A stretch of DNA of 64,000 nucleotides, taken from contig SVKV01000010.1 in the NCBI GenBank assembly GCA_015068305.1, forward strand, positions 902 through 64,901, written 5' to 3'. A model generated the notes under the pieces. The model saw only the letters and a list, made by a program, of their open reading frames with translations. It was not told where the DNA came from and made no database searches. Positions 46,160 through 54,904 of the stretch are shown piece after piece. The stretch comes from Oscillospiraceae bacterium. Lineage in GTDB: Bacteria; Bacillota; Clostridia; Oscillospirales; Oscillospiraceae. Numbering within the stretch: position 1 is the first letter of the stretch; every line of letters begins with the position of its first letter. The position numbers and the translations under genes were made by a program.

Positions 46160-46525
46160 ATGGCTGAATATAAGCAGTACATCACGCAGGTTCAGGAGAA
46201 CGGCAATGTGATGATTTCTGAGGACGTTATTGAAACCATTATTGCTGAAACCATCGCTGAGGTGGAGGGTGTTCACGGCCTGATCGTGAAGCCCGGTGCT
46301 GATATTGCAGATCTGATCGGCAAGAATTGGGGCAAAGGCATGAAGATCGTCATCGGCGAGGACAATGAACTGACCATTTCCTGCAATATTTCCATCAACT
46401 ACGGCAACAGTGTCATCGAAGTTGCAAAGAATGCCCAGACTGCCATTGCTGCTGCTGTTGAAAATGCAGCCGGTGTTAAGGTGAAGGAAATCAACGTCAA
46501 TATCTGCGGTATTGTCCGCGCATAA
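46160..46525 (+). CDS. Asp23/Gls24-family envelope stress protein
   Basis: ISEDVIETIIAETIAEVEGV pattern typical of Asp23 proteins. Confidence 0.85.
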   Translation: MAEYKQYITQVQENGNVMISEDVIETIIAETIAEVEGVHGLIVKPGADIADLIGKNWGKGMKIVIGEDNELTISCNISINYGNSVIEVAKNAQTAIAAAVENAAGVKVKEINVNICGIVRA

Positions 46526-46535
46526 GGATTTGTAT

Positions 46536-47021
46536 ATGACGAGAGCAAATGCCAGAGAACTGGCGGTACATCTGATTTACGGCCGGGATTTTACCGGCGA
46601 AGAACCTCAGCAGGTGGTTGCTACCCGGCTGGAGAAGGATTATTATCAGAAGCTGTCCGAAGAAAACGATGTCTATGCGGAGCGGCCCAGCCGGGCTCAG
46701 CTTGGCTACATTGACAAGGTGGTTTCCGGCGTTGCAAACCGGGAGGAAGAGCTGAATGCCATCATTCAGAAGTTCTCCATCGGCTGGGATGTGACCCGCA
46801 TTTCCAGACTGGCCCGGTGTGTGATGCAGCTGGCCATCTGTGAGATCCTGTATGTTGAGGACGTTCCCACCGGCGTGGCCATTTCCGAGGCTGTGCGCCT
46901 GGTGAAAAAGTATGATGGCAACGATACCGGTTCCTTTGTCAATGGCATCCTGGGCAGCTTTGCCCGGAGCCTGGAAGCACCCCGGGAAGAGCCTAAGGAA
47001 GCATCCGAGGCAGCCGAATGA
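46536..47021 (+). CDS. nusB: Transcription antitermination factor NusB
   Basis: RELAVHLIY..DF... and ILY.EDVP..VAI.EAV.L.K.Y patterns. Confidence 0.85.
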   Translation: MTRANARELAVHLIYGRDFTGEEPQQVVATRLEKDYYQKLSEENDVYAERPSRAQLGYIDKVVSGVANREEELNAIIQKFSIGWDVTRISRLARCVMQLAICEILYVEDVPTGVAISEAVRLVKKYDGNDTGSFVNGILGSFARSLEAPREEPKEASEAAE

Positions 47022-47941
47022 GCGTCATCGGAATGGATACCAGCAATTACACTACTTCCATAGCCTGTTTTGACGGTCATGACGGTGTCAATTGCTCCCG
47101 GCTTCTGCCTGTGAAACAGGGAGAACTGGGCCTGCGTCAGTCGGACGCAGTATTTGCACATATCAAAAGCCTGCCGGAGCTCTCCGGCAGGCTGTTTTCC
47201 GATGTTAAGATCGGAAAAATTACCGCTGTGGGTGTCAGCACCAGACCCAGAGCGGTGGAGGGCAGCTATATGCCCTGCTTCATGGTGGGATACTCCCATG
47301 CCAAAATGATGGCGGATCTGCTGCAGGTGCCTCTGATCGAGGTGTCCCATCAGCAGGGCCATGTGGCAGCATCCTTGTGGAGCGCCGGGCACCTGGAACT
47401 GATGGACGAGCCCCATCTTGCTTGGCATCTCTCCGGCGGCACCACGGAACTGCTGTTGGTGGAACCGGAGGGGAAGAACGTCCGCTGCACCAAAATCGGT
47501 GGCACCACCGATATTTCTGCCGGTCAGCTCATCGACCGGACCGGTCAGCTGCTTCAGCTGCCCTTTCCTTCCGGAAAGCACATCGATGCCCTCAGCAAAG
47601 AGGCAGTGCTGAGCGAAACCTTCAAGGTAAAGTGTCCCGGTCTGGAGTTTTCTCTGTCCGGTGTTCAGAATAAGGTGCAGCAGTTCCACGAAAAGCATGG
47701 AATTCCCACTGAAACCGCAGCCTATGCCCTGCGCTGCGTGGCAAAGGCTGTGTATCTGGCAACGGAAAATGCGCTGAAAATGTATCCCGGGTGCCGGGTA
47801 GTTTTCTCCGGCGGCGTGGCTTCCAATTCCATGCTGCGGCAGGTTACACTGCCGTTGAATCCCATTTTCTCCGAGCCCCAGTATTCTACCGACAACGCCA
47901 TGGGTGTTGCGGTTCTGGCTCACCGGCTTTCTCAGGAGTGA
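47018..47941 (+). CDS. TsaD/Kae1-like (peptidase M22/ASKHA fold) paralog, function unknown
   Basis: IGMDTSNYTTS start, SHQQGH metal-site-like motif, GGVASNSMLR. Shorter than canonical TsaD. Confidence 0.65.
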   Translation: MSVIGMDTSNYTTSIACFDGHDGVNCSRLLPVKQGELGLRQSDAVFAHIKSLPELSGRLFSDVKIGKITAVGVSTRPRAVEGSYMPCFMVGYSHAKMMADLLQVPLIEVSHQQGHVAASLWSAGHLELMDEPHLAWHLSGGTTELLLVEPEGKNVRCTKIGGTTDISAGQLIDRTGQLLQLPFPSGKHIDALSKEAVLSETFKVKCPGLEFSLSGVQNKVQQFHEKHGIPTETAAYALRCVAKAVYLATENALKMYPGCRVVFSGGVASNSMLRQVTLPLNPIFSEPQYSTDNAMGVAVLAHRLSQE

Positions 47942-47945
47942 TGAT

Positions 47946-49154
47946 ATGGCCCAGCAAGTCCTGTCCATTACACAACTGAATGAATATATCCGGGGAAAGA
48001 TCGACGAGGATGTCTTGCTTAACGGCATTGCTGTCCGGGGCGAGATCAGCAATTATAAGGTCTATCCTTCCGGGCATCATTATTTCACTCTGAAGGACGA
48101 AGCAGCTTCCCTAAAGTGTGTGATGTTCAAGGGAAATGCCATGCGTCTGCGGTTCCGGCCCGGTAACGGCATGAAAGTCATTGCCATGGGCAAGATCTCC
48201 GTTTATCCCAGGGACGGTGTCTATCAGCTTTACTGCACTGCCATGGCCATGGACGGAATCGGAGATCTATATGCAGCCTTCGAGCAGCTGAAAGCGAAGC
48301 TGGCAGCCCAGGGTCTCTTTGATCCGGCTCATAAAAAGCCCATCCCCAGATATCCTGCCACCATCGGAATCATCACCAGCTCTGCCGGTGCAGCGATTCA
48401 CGATATGCTGCGGATCTTGCGCAAGCGCTATCCGCTGACGGAAGTCCGTCTGCTGCCGGTCCGGGTCCAGGGTGCTGAAGCGCCGGGTGAGGTCGCAGCG
48501 GCAATTCAATATGCCAACCATCATCAACTTGCTGACCTGCTGATCGTGGGCCGGGGCGGCGGCAGCATTGAAGATCTGTGGGCCTTCAACGACGAACGGG
48601 TGGCCTACGCCATCTATGAATCCCGGATCCCCGTGATCTCCGCTGTAGGCCATGAGCCGGATGTGACAATTTCCGACTTCGTTGCGGATCTCCGGGCAGC
48701 AACCCCTTCCAATGCGGCGGAGCTGGCGGTACCGGACCAGGATGCCCTGCGGCAGACTTTGGATTCTGCTTCCGCATCCATGGCTGCCTCCTTGCAGCGG
48801 CAGCTGAAAAATGCCCGGCAGCATTTGGATGTGCTTTCCCGCAGTCCCGCACTGAAAAGCCCCACGGGCTATCTGGATCAGAAGCGGAAATCCCTGGAAT
48901 TGCTGCGTAACCGTCTGATTTCCGGCCAGACCCGGATCGTGGAAGGTAAGAACCGGCAGTTTGTGGGACTCACCGCAAAGCTGGATGCCATGAGCCCTCT
49001 GAAGGTTCTGACCCGTGGCTATGCCATGACCCGGACCGATGGGGGAGAAGTGATCAAATCCGTCCGCCAGGTTCAGCCCGGCGATAACATCCGTGTAACC
49101 TTAAGCGACGGCAATCTGACTGCCGCTGTTACGGAAAAGGAGGAAAATCTGTGA
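47946..49154 (+). CDS. xseA: Exodeoxyribonuclease VII large subunit
   Basis: VLSITQLNEYIR...V.GEISN.K...SGH.YF.LKD and GRGGGSIEDLW.FN.E motifs. Confidence 0.9.
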   Translation: MAQQVLSITQLNEYIRGKIDEDVLLNGIAVRGEISNYKVYPSGHHYFTLKDEAASLKCVMFKGNAMRLRFRPGNGMKVIAMGKISVYPRDGVYQLYCTAMAMDGIGDLYAAFEQLKAKLAAQGLFDPAHKKPIPRYPATIGIITSSAGAAIHDMLRILRKRYPLTEVRLLPVRVQGAEAPGEVAAAIQYANHHQLADLLIVGRGGGSIEDLWAFNDERVAYAIYESRIPVISAVGHEPDVTISDFVADLRAATPSNAAELAVPDQDALRQTLDSASASMAASLQRQLKNARQHLDVLSRSPALKSPTGYLDQKRKSLELLRNRLISGQTRIVEGKNRQFVGLTAKLDAMSPLKVLTRGYAMTRTDGGEVIKSVRQVQPGDNIRVTLSDGNLTAAVTEKEENL

Positions 49155-49381
49155 GCAAGCAGAGTAAAACCTTTGAAGAATCCATGTCCCGTCTGGAACA
49201 GATCGTCCGTGCCATGGAGCGGGGCGATGTGGCACTGGAAGAGTCCTTGAAGCTGTTTCAGGAGGGTACCGAGCTGGTGCGCAGCTGCAGCAAGCTTCTG
49301 GACGATGCACAGCTTCAGATTCAGAAAGTCATGACGGCCCCGGACGGCAGCCCTGTGATGGAGGACTTTGCAGATGAATAA
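49151..49381 (+). CDS. xseB: Exodeoxyribonuclease VII small subunit
   Basis: FEESMSRLEQIV..ME.GD..LEESL..F.EG. GTG start behind AGGAGG. Confidence 0.9.
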   Translation: MSKQSKTFEESMSRLEQIVRAMERGDVALEESLKLFQEGTELVRSCSKLLDDAQLQIQKVMTAPDGSPVMEDFADE

Positions 49382-50249
49382 GGAATCCAGAACCCAGGAA
49401 TACCGGGCCTATATTGAAAAATACCTGACAGATTGGTATGAAAGATTCCACAATGAGCCCCAGAAGAATCTCTTTGAGGCAATGGAGTACAGTTTGCTGG
49501 CCGGCGGCAAGCGGCTGCGCCCGGTGTTTGCCTTCGAGTTTTGCCGGCTGTGCGGCCGGGATTGGCGCGATGCTGCTCCTTTTGCCGCCGCAGTGGAAAT
49601 GATCCATACTTACAGCCTCATTCACGATGATCTGCCCAGCATGGATAACGACGATTTCCGTCGGGGCAGACCCACCAACCACAAAGTTTACGGTGAAGCC
49701 ATGGCAATCCTGGCCGGTGATGCGCTGCTGACCGATGCTTTCGCAGTTGCGTCCACGGCAAAGCTTCCCAATCCGGGTGATATGGCCGATGCCATCGGCA
49801 TCCTGGCAGAATGTGCCGGTTCTCTGGGTATGGTAGGCGGTCAGGTGCTGGATATTCTGGCTGAACAGCGGGAATGCACCGAAGAAGATGTTCTGGCCAT
49901 CCAGGACCGGAAGACCGGGGCCCTGATCCGCGCCGCATGCGCTCTGGGTGCCGTTGCCGGCGGTGCGACCCAGGAACAGTTTGACGCTGCCTGCCAGTTT
50001 GCAGCAGGACTGGGTCTTGCATTCCAGATTCGGGACGATATGCTGGATGTGATCGGCACTGCCGAAGAAATGGGCAAGGGTGTGGGCACCGATGCTGCCA
50101 AGAATACCTTTGTCCGGCTCTACGGTCTGGAAAAATGCGAGGAACTGGTCCGTAAATACACAGACTACGCCCTTGAGGCGCTGAACTGCTTTGAAGATAC
50201 CGAATTCCTGAAAGAGCTGGCCCTTTCTCTGACCAGCAGAACCGTATAA
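49374..50249 (+). CDS. ispA: Polyprenyl (farnesyl/geranylgeranyl) diphosphate synthase
   Basis: Asp-rich motifs LIHDDLPSMDNDDFRRG and FQIRDDMLD. ATG 49374 lies behind GGAGGA. Confidence 0.9.
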   Translation: MNKESRTQEYRAYIEKYLTDWYERFHNEPQKNLFEAMEYSLLAGGKRLRPVFAFEFCRLCGRDWRDAAPFAAAVEMIHTYSLIHDDLPSMDNDDFRRGRPTNHKVYGEAMAILAGDALLTDAFAVASTAKLPNPGDMADAIGILAECAGSLGMVGGQVLDILAEQRECTEEDVLAIQDRKTGALIRAACALGAVAGGATQEQFDAACQFAAGLGLAFQIRDDMLDVIGTAEEMGKGVGTDAAKNTFVRLYGLEKCEELVRKYTDYALEALNCFEDTEFLKELALSLTSRTV

Positions 50250-50290
50250 AAGATGCCCCCGACCGACTGGCCGGGGGCCTTGCTATTATT
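50246..50290. terminator. Bidirectional hairpin terminator
   Basis: Stem GCCCCCG/CGGGGGC (50255-50278) between convergent ispA and the RNHCP gene. The T-run is better on the minus strand. Confidence 0.65.
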
Positions 50291-50693
50291 TAAGAATATT
50301 CGAAATCTCTTCCATCCGTTCCACCGGGAAGGGTGGATGAGCGATGGGTTTCATGGCGATGGACATCAGTTTTATCGGATTGTCATCGGCCGCCACCCGG
50401 TTGGAACTCATCATGCCGCACCGCTTGCACCGGTGGATGACGGCCCATTCTCCGTTTTTCCGGACCCAGACAGCAACCGGCTCCATAAGACCGCCGCAGT
50501 CTGCTTCCCGGTCTCCGGGTTCAATATCCAGATGCAAACTGTGCAGGCAGTTATTGCAGTGGTTCCTGTGTTCACTGCCGGCACCGGCTGGTGAAACTGT
50601 CCAGCCGCAGTTTTTGCAGGTAAAACTTTCCTGACAGGGATGATTTCTGTAATATCCTTTGATGTATTCGATTTTCTTATGTTCCCGATTCAT
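50286..50693 (-). CDS. RNHCP-domain protein (function unknown, Cys/His-rich)
   Basis: CKNCG...EHRNHCNNCLHSLHLD...CGG...RCKRCG. Confidence 0.8.
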   Translation of the reverse strand: MNREHKKIEYIKGYYRNHPCQESFTCKNCGWTVSPAGAGSEHRNHCNNCLHSLHLDIEPGDREADCGGLMEPVAVWVRKNGEWAVIHRCKRCGMMSSNRVAADDNPIKLMSIAMKPIAHPPFPVERMEEISNILK

Positions 50694-50769
50694 GGGTAAC
50701 CTCCAAAAATAATGATTGTTCGATCATTTCGGGAGGTATGGTATATGCAACCTGATGCCAACCTCCCGG

Positions 50770-50802
50770 TTAGGCTGCAAGATCCATTCCATTCATAAAC
50801 AT
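50770..50802 (-). CDS. Candidate 10-codon leader micro-ORF (MFMNGMDLAA)
   Basis: Perfect SD AGGAGG 8 nt upstream of the ATG. The stop TAA abuts the CGGGAGGT arm of the leader hairpin. Confidence 0.3.
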   Translation of the reverse strand: MFMNGMDLAA

Positions 50803-50835
50803 AAATTAGTCCTCCTGTAAAAGTAATTAATGGTA

Positions 50836-50925
50836 TCAGTTCATGGTCTCCTCATACGCATGAAACCAGGGACGATCGAAACCGATTCCGGAATTATCGC
50901 CGGTTAAAATCAGTTTGCTCGTCAT
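50836..50925 (-). CDS. Candidate 29-aa small ORF (MTSKLILTGDNSGIGFDRPWFHAYEETMN)
   Basis: SD AAAGGAGA lies about 9 nt upstream. Located just downstream of a TGgTATCAT extended -10 element. No family recognised. Confidence 0.3.
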   Translation of the reverse strand: MTSKLILTGDNSGIGFDRPWFHAYEETMN

Positions 50926-51003
50926 GATGCATCATCTCCTTTTCTTTGTGTGACTATATGATACCACAGTTTCTGAAATAATGCGAGTTATAGATAAAAA
51001 ATA

Positions 51004-51032
51004 TTTACAAAACTGCAATTTGCAGGTATGAT
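51004..51032 (+). promoter_or_regulatory. Sigma-A-like promoter for pspC-like gene
   Basis: TTTACA, 17-nt spacer, TATGAT. Confidence 0.55.
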
Positions 51033-51066
51033 AATTACATAAATCTTCTTTGAAAGGTGATACATC

Positions 51067-51273
51067 ATGGATAAAAGACTGTATAGAATGAAAGAAGGAA
51101 AGATGATCTGCGGCGTGTGCGCCGGAATTGCCAAGTACTATAATCTGGATCCCACGGTTGTGCGTCTTGTCTGGGCAGTTGCCAGCTGCTTTGCCTTCGC
51201 AGGTGTAGTCGCTTACATTGCAGCTGCGGTCATCATTCCCGAAGAACCGAACTATATTGAGCAGGGAGAATGA
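51067..51273 (+). CDS. PspC-domain membrane protein
   Basis: LYR...KMICGVCAGIAKYYNLDPTVVRLVW signature. Confidence 0.85.
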   Translation: MDKRLYRMKEGKMICGVCAGIAKYYNLDPTVVRLVWAVASCFAFAGVVAYIAAAVIIPEEPNYIEQGE

Positions 51274-51275
51274 TT

Positions 51276-51815
51276 ATGAAAAAGGAAATTCAGGCATTTG
51301 ACTATGCAGGCCAGATTTGCAAAGCATTGCCCAAGGGCATTCTGATGACCACGAAGAACGGCGATTTTGTCAACACCATGGTCATTGGCTGGGGGCATAT
51401 CGGCATCGAGTGGGGTAGACCTATTTTTGTTGCCTATGTCCGGGAAAGCCGCCACACCAAAACCATGGTGGAAAACCACGGTGAATTCACCGTAAATGTT
51501 CCTGTCGGCGAAGTTGACAGCAATATTATCAAGGTTTGCGGAACCAAATCCGGTCGGGATCTGGATAAGATCCGGGAACTGGGACTGCATCTGGTGGAGT
51601 CCGATCATGTTTCCGTTCCCGGTATCCAGGAACTGCCCCTGACCCTGGAGTGCAAGGTCATCTACAAGCAGAAGCAGGATCTTTCTGCCATTCCCGGGGA
51701 TATTCTGGCAAGGTATTATCCCGAGATCCCCGGCGCTGATTTTGACGGCCAGGCAAGAGACTACCATTACGTATACTACGGTGAAATCCTGGGTGCATAC
51801 CTGATCGAAGACTGA
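51276..51815 (+). CDS. Flavin-reductase-like (FMN-binding split-barrel) protein
   Basis: ILMTTKNGDFVNTMVIGWG...FVAYVRESRHT pattern. The second ATG (51276) is correctly spaced from GGGAGA. Confidence 0.7.
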   Translation: MKKEIQAFDYAGQICKALPKGILMTTKNGDFVNTMVIGWGHIGIEWGRPIFVAYVRESRHTKTMVENHGEFTVNVPVGEVDSNIIKVCGTKSGRDLDKIRELGLHLVESDHVSVPGIQELPLTLECKVIYKQKQDLSAIPGDILARYYPEIPGADFDGQARDYHYVYYGEILGAYLIED

Positions 51816-51835
51816 TACAGAAAGGAACATATGCG

Positions 51836-54307
51836 ATGGAACTGTTGACAAAAGCGAGTTACTCCGGTGAGCCCAATCAGCGGGAACTGGACAATCTGAA
51901 AATTGCCTACCAGGCCGCCTGTGAGGCTGTGGTCCTGCTGAAAAACGACGGGGCTCTGCCTTTCCGGACAAAGAAAGTGGCTGTCTACGGCGCAGGTACC
52001 ATCAAGACCATCAAGGGCGGCACCGGCTCCGGTGAAGTGAACGAACGGCACTCCGTAACGGTTCTGGAGGGTCTTGAAAACCGGAATTTTGAAATCGCCA
52101 GCCGGAAGTGGATCGATGATTATGAATCCGGTTATGACGCTGCAATCGCAGCCTATCAAGAAGAGCGGAAAAAGCGCGTCAATATTCTGAAGCTGGACTC
52201 CATCATGCAGATGATGTTTGACAATTTCCGGATGCCCACCGGCCGAAGCATTACGGAAGCGGATGTGGCTGCCAGTGAAACGGATTCCTGTATCTATGTG
52301 CTGAGCCGCCAGGCCGGCGAAGGCGGCGACAGAAAAGCAGAAAAGGGTGATATGTTCCTGACTGATGAGGAAGAAGCTGCCATCCGGTTCTGCGCGGAGC
52401 ATTATGCCCATTTTGTGCTGGTCATTAACTGCGGCAGCGCCATTGATATGGCCTTTGCCGAGCAGATCCCGGGGATCAACGGCATTTTGTATATCTGCCA
52501 GCTGGGTACCGAGGGCGGCAATGTCCTGGCGGACATTCTCAGCGGTGATGTGACGCCCTCCGGCAAGCTGTCCGATACCTGGGCAAAGCAGTACTGCGAC
52601 ATTCCGTTCTCCGATGAGTACAGCTATCTCAACGGCAATCTGAAGGATGAGTATTACAAAGAGGGCATCTACGTCGGCTACCGGTATTTCGACAGCTTCG
52701 GTGTTGAGCCTGCCTATCCCTTCGGTTTCGGCCTGAGTTATACGGATTTTGCAATCCACAGTGCCGGTGTTTCTCTGGAGGGAAGCAATGTTACGGTCAA
52801 GGCATCCGTTGCCAACACCGGTGCAGTTTACAGCGGCAGGGAAGTGGCACAGCTCTATGTTTCCGCCCCCAATGGTAAGCTTCATAAGGAGTATCAGCAG
52901 CTGGCTGCATTCGAAAAGACCGATCTGCTGGCGCCCGGTGCCCGGCAGGAGCTGGAGCTGAGCTTTGATCTTTGCACCGTTGCAAGCTTCCGGGAAGCGG
53001 ATGCAAGCTATGTGCTGGAGCCCGGTGATTATATCCTCCGGCTGGGTAACTCCTCCCGGAATACCGTTCCGGTGGGTGTTGTCCACCTGGACGAGGAAAT
53101 TACCGTTTCCAGACACTGCAATATCTGCCCGATCCGGGAGCCCATTGAAGAGCTGAAGGCAGAACCTTTTACCTTCGAGGAGCTGCCCCTGGGTCTGCCC
53201 CGGATTGTGTTGGGTGCCAATGCTTTGAAAACCGTGGAGTACTCCTATGAGCAGCCCGGCGTATGCAGCGATGCGCGGGTACAGAAGTTCCTGGATGGTC
53301 TGACCCTTGCGGAAATGACCGATATTGTGGTGGGCATCGGTATGTTCGGCGGCACCACCCGGTTCAATTTGCCCGGCTCCGTGGGCAATACCACCTCCAA
53401 ATTCTGGGATCGGGGACTTGCGAATGTGGCTCTGTGCGACGGACCTGCGGGCCTTCGGATCCAGAAGCGTTCCACCGTGGAAAAGAACGGCAAGGTCAAG
53501 CCCGTTGACATGGCCATGTCTGTATTTGATGCATTTCCGGGATTTGTTAAGAAGTTCATGACCGGTGATCCGGAAAAGCGGGATGTGGTTTATCAGTATA
53601 CCACCGCATTCCCGGTGGCCAATGCCCTGGCTCAGACCTGGAATAAGAACCTGATGCTGGAAGTGGGCAATGCGATTTACCGGGAGATGAAAGAATACGG
53701 CTGTACCTACTGGCTGGCTCCTGCCATCAACATCCACCGGAACCCCCTGTGCGGCAGAAACTTTGAGTATTTCTCCGAAGATCCCAGACTGGCAGGTACT
53801 ATGGCTGCAGCCATCACCAAGGGTGTTCAGCAGGAAGAGGGCTTCTATGTCACGGTTAAGCACTATGCCTGCAACAATCAGGAGGATAACCGCAACGAAG
53901 TATCCAGCAATCTTTCCGAGCGGGCACTGCGGGAGATCTATCTGCGGGGCTTTGAACACACCGTTCGGGATGGGGGCGCCAAGAGCATTATGACCTCCTA
54001 TAACCGGGTAAACGGTGTTTATGCACCCAACAGCCATGATCTCTGCACCAAGGTTCTGCGCAATGAGTGGGGCTTTGACGGCGTTGTGATGACCGACTGG
54101 TTCTCCACCAATAAGGGCCTTGGCAACAATGCTTTGGCCATGAAGGCCGGCAACGATCTGATCATGCCCGGCGGCAGCTACTTCAAAAAGGAAATCATCG
54201 CCGGCGTCAAATCCGGTCTGATTTCCGAGGAGGATGTCCGCCGCTGCTGCGCCAATGTGGTCCGTTCCATTTTCAGCAGTGCAATTCAGCGCGAGTATAT
54301 CGGCTAA
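51836..54307 (+). CDS. Glycoside hydrolase family 3 beta-glucosidase with permuted domain order
   Basis: GH3 C-terminal-type domain comes first (KGGTGSGEV...GFGLSYTDF) with an Fn3-like segment. The catalytic-nucleophile region (GFDGVVMTDW) sits near the C-terminus. Confidence 0.85.
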   Translation: MELLTKASYSGEPNQRELDNLKIAYQAACEAVVLLKNDGALPFRTKKVAVYGAGTIKTIKGGTGSGEVNERHSVTVLEGLENRNFEIASRKWIDDYESGYDAAIAAYQEERKKRVNILKLDSIMQMMFDNFRMPTGRSITEADVAASETDSCIYVLSRQAGEGGDRKAEKGDMFLTDEEEAAIRFCAEHYAHFVLVINCGSAIDMAFAEQIPGINGILYICQLGTEGGNVLADILSGDVTPSGKLSDTWAKQYCDIPFSDEYSYLNGNLKDEYYKEGIYVGYRYFDSFGVEPAYPFGFGLSYTDFAIHSAGVSLEGSNVTVKASVANTGAVYSGREVAQLYVSAPNGKLHKEYQQLAAFEKTDLLAPGARQELELSFDLCTVASFREADASYVLEPGDYILRLGNSSRNTVPVGVVHLDEEITVSRHCNICPIREPIEELKAEPFTFEELPLGLPRIVLGANALKTVEYSYEQPGVCSDARVQKFLDGLTLAEMTDIVVGIGMFGGTTRFNLPGSVGNTTSKFWDRGLANVALCDGPAGLRIQKRSTVEKNGKVKPVDMAMSVFDAFPGFVKKFMTGDPEKRDVVYQYTTAFPVANALAQTWNKNLMLEVGNAIYREMKEYGCTYWLAPAINIHRNPLCGRNFEYFSEDPRLAGTMAAAITKGVQQEEGFYVTVKHYACNNQEDNRNEVSSNLSERALREIYLRGFEHTVRDGGAKSIMTSYNRVNGVYAPNSHDLCTKVLRNEWGFDGVVMTDWFSTNKGLGNNALAMKAGNDLIMPGGSYFKKEIIAGVKSGLISEEDVRRCCANVVRSIFSSAIQREYIG

Positions 54308-54315
54308 GTAACATA

Positions 54316-54352
54316 AGACCGGCCTGCAGTTTGTGCTGCAGGCCGGTTTTTC
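54316..54352 (+). terminator. Intrinsic terminator after the GH3 gene
   Basis: 12-bp stem ACCGGCCTGCAG/CTGCAGGCCGGT, followed by TTTTT. Confidence 0.9.
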
Positions 54353-54439
54353 CTGTATGTAACAACGATGCGACGTTGACAAGATTCTTCCAATTGAATA
54401 CAATAGTTTCAAATACTGGCTTTGGGGAGGCATATTGGG

Positions 54440-54895
54440 ATGCAGAATCGTTCTTTCCGGTTGGATCCGGCAAAATATCTGGAGCTGTCCGGTCAGTATG
54501 GCTGGAAGCTCTATTCCCATTTGTCCGAAAGAATTGAAGACCGGAAGATGCTTTCGGAAATCTATGAGAAGGGCATGGAAAGATTCTGCGAGCTTGCCGA
54601 AACCTGCGAAGATCCGGATGTTCTTGAAAATTTACTGGCTGATGCGGCGGAGTATGCCTGTGAAGGACTGAAAAAGCCGGAAGGGCCTCTGAATCCCGCA
54701 AAAACCAAACCCCGTAAGGGGAGCGGATTTGGATTCTGGCTGGCTTTTACCGCGCTGCTTCTCCTGAATCTTGCCTGCTTGTGGGTTATTCTGGGTATTT
54801 TGATGGATATGGGGATTCTTCCGGAAATCGATTTGGGCTATAGCTGGGCTCAGAATACGGTCATGCCCTGGCTGGGACAACTGTTTGGAAATTGA
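54440..54895 (+). CDS. Hypothetical protein with C-terminal TM segment
   Basis: SD GGGGAGG lies 9 nt before the ATG at 54440. TM segment FWLAFTALLLLNLACLWVILGIL. No family recognised. Confidence 0.5.
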   Translation: MQNRSFRLDPAKYLELSGQYGWKLYSHLSERIEDRKMLSEIYEKGMERFCELAETCEDPDVLENLLADAAEYACEGLKKPEGPLNPAKTKPRKGSGFGFWLAFTALLLLNLACLWVILGILMDMGILPEIDLGYSWAQNTVMPWLGQLFGN

Positions 54896-54904
54896 GGCTT
54901 ACTT

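Noticed and set aside
51776-54520. 914-aa minus-strand ORF antisense to the GH3 gene
   Set aside because: Shadow ORF of a well-supported GH3 gene. It runs through that gene's terminator hairpin.
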